The notes beneath the pieces are model-generated. The model was not told the DNA's origin, searched no databases, and saw nothing but the letters and a program-made list of their open reading frames with translations. From an uncultured Thermoleophilia bacterium (GTDB taxonomy: Bacteria > Actinomycetota > Thermoleophilia > UBA2241), in contig CAVPCT010000004.1 in assembly GCA_963702475.1 (NCBI GenBank), positions 384,001 through 448,000 on the forward strand: 64,000 bases of DNA, read 5' to 3'. Shown piece after piece: positions 60,611 through 64,000 of this stretch (the first letter of the stretch is position 1; every line of letters begins with the position of its first letter). A program made the position numbers and the translations under genes.

Positions 60611-62266
60611 ATGAAGGGGTTCTTCAAGGTCCTGCTGGGACTTGGGATCGGCGCGGCCATCGGCATGCTGTTCGCCCCCAAGAGCGGCAAGGAACTGCGT
60701 GGGCAATTGGTCGGGTCGGCCACGCGCAAGACGCTTCACCCTGCGCCGAGCTGGGAGCCCGAGTCCGAGGCCGCGACGGAGTGGCCGGCCGCCGTGGCTG
60801 TCGAGGAGTTCGTGGTCGAGGCCGGACCCGAGGAACAGGCCGCGGTCGTCGAAACGGACTTCGTCTCCGTCGCACCCGAACCCATGGATGAGCCCCCGGT
60901 CGCGGAGCCGGAGGAGGACGAAGCCGTCGTCGAGGTCATCATCGAGGAGACCGTTGTCCGCGAGGAAAGCGTGATCACCGAGGATGGCGTGGTCGAGGAC
61001 GTCGTCACGATCGAGGAGCGGGAGGTCGAGGTCATCGCGGTGGAGGAGACCTCGGTGGACGACCTGCGCGCGCGCATCGAGGCCACGCGCGCCGAGGTGG
61101 AGACGTCGCTGGCCGAGCCGTTCGGTGGTCCCGCTCTGGTCGAGGATATCGGCGAGAGCGGTCCTGCCGAGGAGAGCCTCGCCGAAGAGACGCTGGGAGG
61201 GGAGGCCTACGTTGCGGAGACCGTCGTCGAGGAGACAGTCGTCGAGGAGACAGTCGTCGAGGAGACAGTCGTCGAGGAGACAGTCGTCGAGGAGGCGGTA
61301 ATCGCCGAAGAGGCGACGGTGAGCGACACGGTCGCCGAAGAAGAGCCGATCGGCGGGGCTGTCGCCGAGGACGCCGACGGGCCCGAGCCGGTCCTGGTGT
61401 GGTCGGAGGCGGAGCAGGCCGCTCCGGCGATCGCTGAGGACACGGACGCCCAGGCAGCCCCCGAGGCGAGTGCGGACGAGGCCGAGTCCTTCCAGGAGCA
61501 GCCCGAGACGAGACGGGCCTGGGACACGTGGAGTGAGGAGCGACCCCAGCCGGTCGAGGCCGTCGCCGACGTGACCGCCGAGCCGGCCGTCGTCGAGGAG
61601 ATCCCCGTGGTCGCGTACGATGAGGTCGCCGGACCCGAGCCGCAAGTTGTCGAGGCCGAGCCCGCGTGGGCCGAGCCGGCTCCGGAACCCTACGGGCTCG
61701 CGGCCGTCGAGGAAACGGTCCTCGAGGAGCCCGTCGTCGTCGAGGAGCCGTCGGTCGCGGCCGTCGAGGAGCCCGTCGCCGTCGAGGAGCCCGTCGTTGA
61801 GGAGGTCATCGTCGCGGAGGTCGTGCCGGCCGAGGCCGAACCAGCTCCGGAGCAGCCCGTTGCACCGTCTCTGGGGGAGACCGTCATCGAGTCGGCGCCT
61901 CTCGCGCCGGCTCGCGTCCCCGAACCGGCGTCTATCGTTGCGACCGAACCCGCCCCAGAACCCGAGCCGGTCCCCGGGTTCGAGCCGCAGGACGCGGCGC
62001 CGGAGCTCGCGCCGGAGCCGGTCGCGGTCGAGCCTGCGGAGGCGTCACCGCGTGATACGGGAACGATCGATCAGGCCGAGATGCGCCGCCGCATCGAGGA
62101 GACGCGAGCACGCCTCAAGGCCAAGGCGTTCGACGCCATGATGAGCGGAGAGGCGGCCCTGCTCGGCCGGGACGACGAGGGATCGCTGCCGCGCCACGAC
62201 GACGTCGAACTGGACGGCGACGTCGCGAGCACCATCGACGAGTCGCTGTCGCAGGAGGAGTACTGA
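60611..62266 (+). CDS. YtxH-domain protein with long acidic low-complexity region
   Basis: LLGLGIGAAIGMLFAPKSGKELR YtxH signature; E/V/P/A-rich body; AGGAGG RBS. Confidence 0.85.
   Translation: MKGFFKVLLGLGIGAAIGMLFAPKSGKELRGQLVGSATRKTLHPAPSWEPESEAATEWPAAVAVEEFVVEAGPEEQAAVVETDFVSVAPEPMDEPPVAEPEEDEAVVEVIIEETVVREESVITEDGVVEDVVTIEEREVEVIAVEETSVDDLRARIEATRAEVETSLAEPFGGPALVEDIGESGPAEESLAEETLGGEAYVAETVVEETVVEETVVEETVVEETVVEEAVIAEEATVSDTVAEEEPIGGAVAEDADGPEPVLVWSEAEQAAPAIAEDTDAQAAPEASADEAESFQEQPETRRAWDTWSEERPQPVEAVADVTAEPAVVEEIPVVAYDEVAGPEPQVVEAEPAWAEPAPEPYGLAAVEETVLEEPVVVEEPSVAAVEEPVAVEEPVVEEVIVAEVVPAEAEPAPEQPVAPSLGETVIESAPLAPARVPEPASIVATEPAPEPEPVPGFEPQDAAPELAPEPVAVEPAEASPRDTGTIDQAEMRRRIEETRARLKAKAFDAMMSGEAALLGRDDEGSLPRHDDVELDGDVASTIDESLSQEEY
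61223..61294 (+). repeat. 15-bp coding tandem repeat (4.8 copies)
   Basis: (GTCGTCGAGGAGACA)x4 + GTCGTCGAGGAG, encoding VVEET repeats. Confidence 0.95.
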
Positions 62267-62298
62267 GGGACGCAGCCTGAGGCGCAGCTGTGCGAGGT

Positions 62299-62340
62299 CG
62301 CGAGAGGGGCGGGCGCCGATCGGCGCCCGCCCCTCTCGCG
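62299..62340. terminator. Perfect 42-bp palindrome between convergent genes (probable bidirectional terminator)
   Basis: CGCGAGAGGGGCGGGCGCCGA|TCGGCGCCCGCCCCTCTCGCG. Confidence 0.7.
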
Positions 62341-62386
62341 TGAGTGGCGCTCTTCGCGGCGCTGGGGGCTGCGCTCCAGGCCCGGC

Positions 62387-64000
62387 TCAGCCGGGACGCG
62401 CGGTGGGCTCGCCCCCGTCGTCGTGTCCGCCGGTCCCGGGCGGCCTTCGCCTGGATGTGGGCTTGGCCGCCGGGCGGCGGCGGTGCGGCGGCGGCGGCTC
62501 GGTGGTGAGCTGCGCGGCCCACTCTTCGTCGCTCACCCGGTCGGGGCCGCGTCGGTCGACGGCCGGCCAGGTGAGGGCGCCCGGCGCGAGTCCTCGCTCG
62601 TGGAGCGCATGCGCCAGCACGCCGGCCGAGGAGAGGAACAGGAGTGCGACCAGCACGACGCCGGCCGGGACGCTCCTGTTCTCGAGCAGCAGGAAGAAGT
62701 ACCACCACACCTCCGTCCCCAGTCCCAGGAGCGTCGCGTAGTAGACCATGACCACGGGGACCATGATGAGCCCAAGGTAGGCGGGCAGGACGGACCGCAT
62801 CCAGCCTCCCGGTCTGGCCAGCGGCCAGAGGACCGCGGCCGGCAGGATCAGGAGCGCCGAGTACGGGTCGGCCAGCCAGACGAGCAGAGCGATGAGGACC
62901 AGGATCGCGTGGGCCACGAAGATGACGGCGCGCGGGTCGGTGCGCACCCGCCGCCGCAACCGTCGTTCCACGGCGACCGCGTAGGCGTAGGCGAGGACCA
63001 GCAGCGCCGCGAGGATGGCCACGCGCAGGTAGCGGGGGTTCGCGGCGATGCTGGAGTCCGGCGGGATCACCGCCCCAGGGCTCCTTGGCAGCTGGCCGAG
63101 GAGGTTGGCCACGTAGACGATGGCCAGCAGGACGAGCCAGGGAGCGTAGTGCAGGCCGGCGCTGATCCACGCCGGCCGCAGCGCCACGCGCGCGCGCCGG
63201 CAATGCGCGAAGAGATCCAGCGTGACCGCGAACAGCGGCAGCAGGCCGGCCGCCAGCAGCAGGGCCAGGGAGGTGCCGGGCAGGGTACGGGTGTGGGTGA
63301 GGGAGATGGTGCCGCCACTGCCGGGCCCCGGGACGGCCGCCTGGTCGATGGCCATCAGCATGCCCTGGGCGACCGTGCCCATCTTCGTGAGCGTCTCCGT
63401 GGACACGTTGGCGAGCGTGTCCTGCGCCGGCGGGACGCTCGCGCCGGCCGCCGCGACGGTGATGGCCGGCGCGCCCGCGGCCACCAGGGGACCCTGGCTG
63501 CCCGAGCTCGTCGGCACGGCGAGTCTCACCACCTGGCCGGGTACGGTGGGAAGCAGGGCGCGCAGATTGCCGTACACGCGGCCGGCCGGCGCCGCCAGCT
63601 GCCAGAGCCATGGCGGCGCCACCCTGGGCGCGGAGCTCCAGCCGTCGAGCCGAATGCCCTCGGGGTCGCGGGTCGCGACCTCGCGCAGGGCGATGGCGCC
63701 GGTGACGTTCTCGACGCCGTGGTCCTCCACGAAGCGCCGGGAGCCGAGCGCGCCGTAGGCGTCGCCGCTGGTGCACAGGTAAATGAACGTGCGCTCGTGG
63801 GCCGTCACGGTGAACGAGCGCGCCAGCGCCAGCATCGCGGCCACTCCGGAGGCGTTGTCGTTGGCGCCCTGCGTGGCCACGGCGGGGACATCGCGATTGG
63901 CGATCACCATCACGGTTCCGGGGCCCTCGCCGCGGGAGACGGCCCACACGTTCTGCAGGGCGACGTCCTTGCCGTTGATGGTGGCCGGGAAGCTGTCGAG
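62387..64000 (-). CDS. M28-peptidase-like domain fused to a multi-TM domain (5' end outside window)
   Basis: GANDNASGVA M28 motif followed by about 7 hydrophobic helices; the frame is open to the window edge. Confidence 0.78.
   Translation of the reverse strand, partial: LDSFPATINGKDVALQNVWAVSRGEGPGTVMVIANRDVPAVATQGANDNASGVAAMLALARSFTVTAHERTFIYLCTSGDAYGALGSRRFVEDHGVENVTGAIALREVATRDPEGIRLDGWSSAPRVAPPWLWQLAAPAGRVYGNLRALLPTVPGQVVRLAVPTSSGSQGPLVAAGAPAITVAAAGASVPPAQDTLANVSTETLTKMGTVAQGMLMAIDQAAVPGPGSGGTISLTHTRTLPGTSLALLLAAGLLPLFAVTLDLFAHCRRARVALRPAWISAGLHYAPWLVLLAIVYVANLLGQLPRSPGAVIPPDSSIAANPRYLRVAILAALLVLAYAYAVAVERRLRRRVRTDPRAVIFVAHAILVLIALLVWLADPYSALLILPAAVLWPLARPGGWMRSVLPAYLGLIMVPVVMVYYATLLGLGTEVWWYFFLLLENRSVPAGVVLVALLFLSSAGVLAHALHERGLAPGALTWPAVDRRGPDRVSDEEWAAQLTTEPPPPHRRRPAAKPTSRRRPPGTGGHDDGGEPTARPG

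Overview
Very GC-rich, gene-dense chromosomal region that looks actinobacterial; leaderless TAnnnT promoters, YtxH and HNH genes, rubrerythrins, FeoAB and a selenocysteine FDH suggest an anaerobic Thermoleophilia-like lineage (inference). Main contents: (1) a single ~1421-codon selenoprotein (1239-5504, minus) that the ORF track splits at an in-frame UGA plus SECIS, fusing a GltD/NfnB-like NAD(P)H flavoprotein domain into a Mo/W formate dehydrogenase; (2) redox and metal-stress genes: two rubrerythrins, an ArsR + P1B-ATPase pair with operator, a membrane-anchored His-rich ECF sigma factor with a His-rich secreted peptide and HtrA, and feoAB + a Cys-rich ORF divergent from mntH; (3) vapBC beside a truncated restriction-modification remnant; (4) a Pho locus (phoPR, pstSCAB, phoU) whose 11-bp-periodic PHO-box promoter architecture also precedes a secreted PHP phosphoesterase and two small orphan ORFs; (5) cell-wall genes (SpoIID/LytB, NlpC/P60, two L,D-transpeptidases), the rml operon, HNH and rarA. 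I saw no rRNA, tRNA, CRISPR array or intact transposase. Five apparent single-base frameshifts suggest assembly indels. All family assignments are from motif recognition, not database searches.
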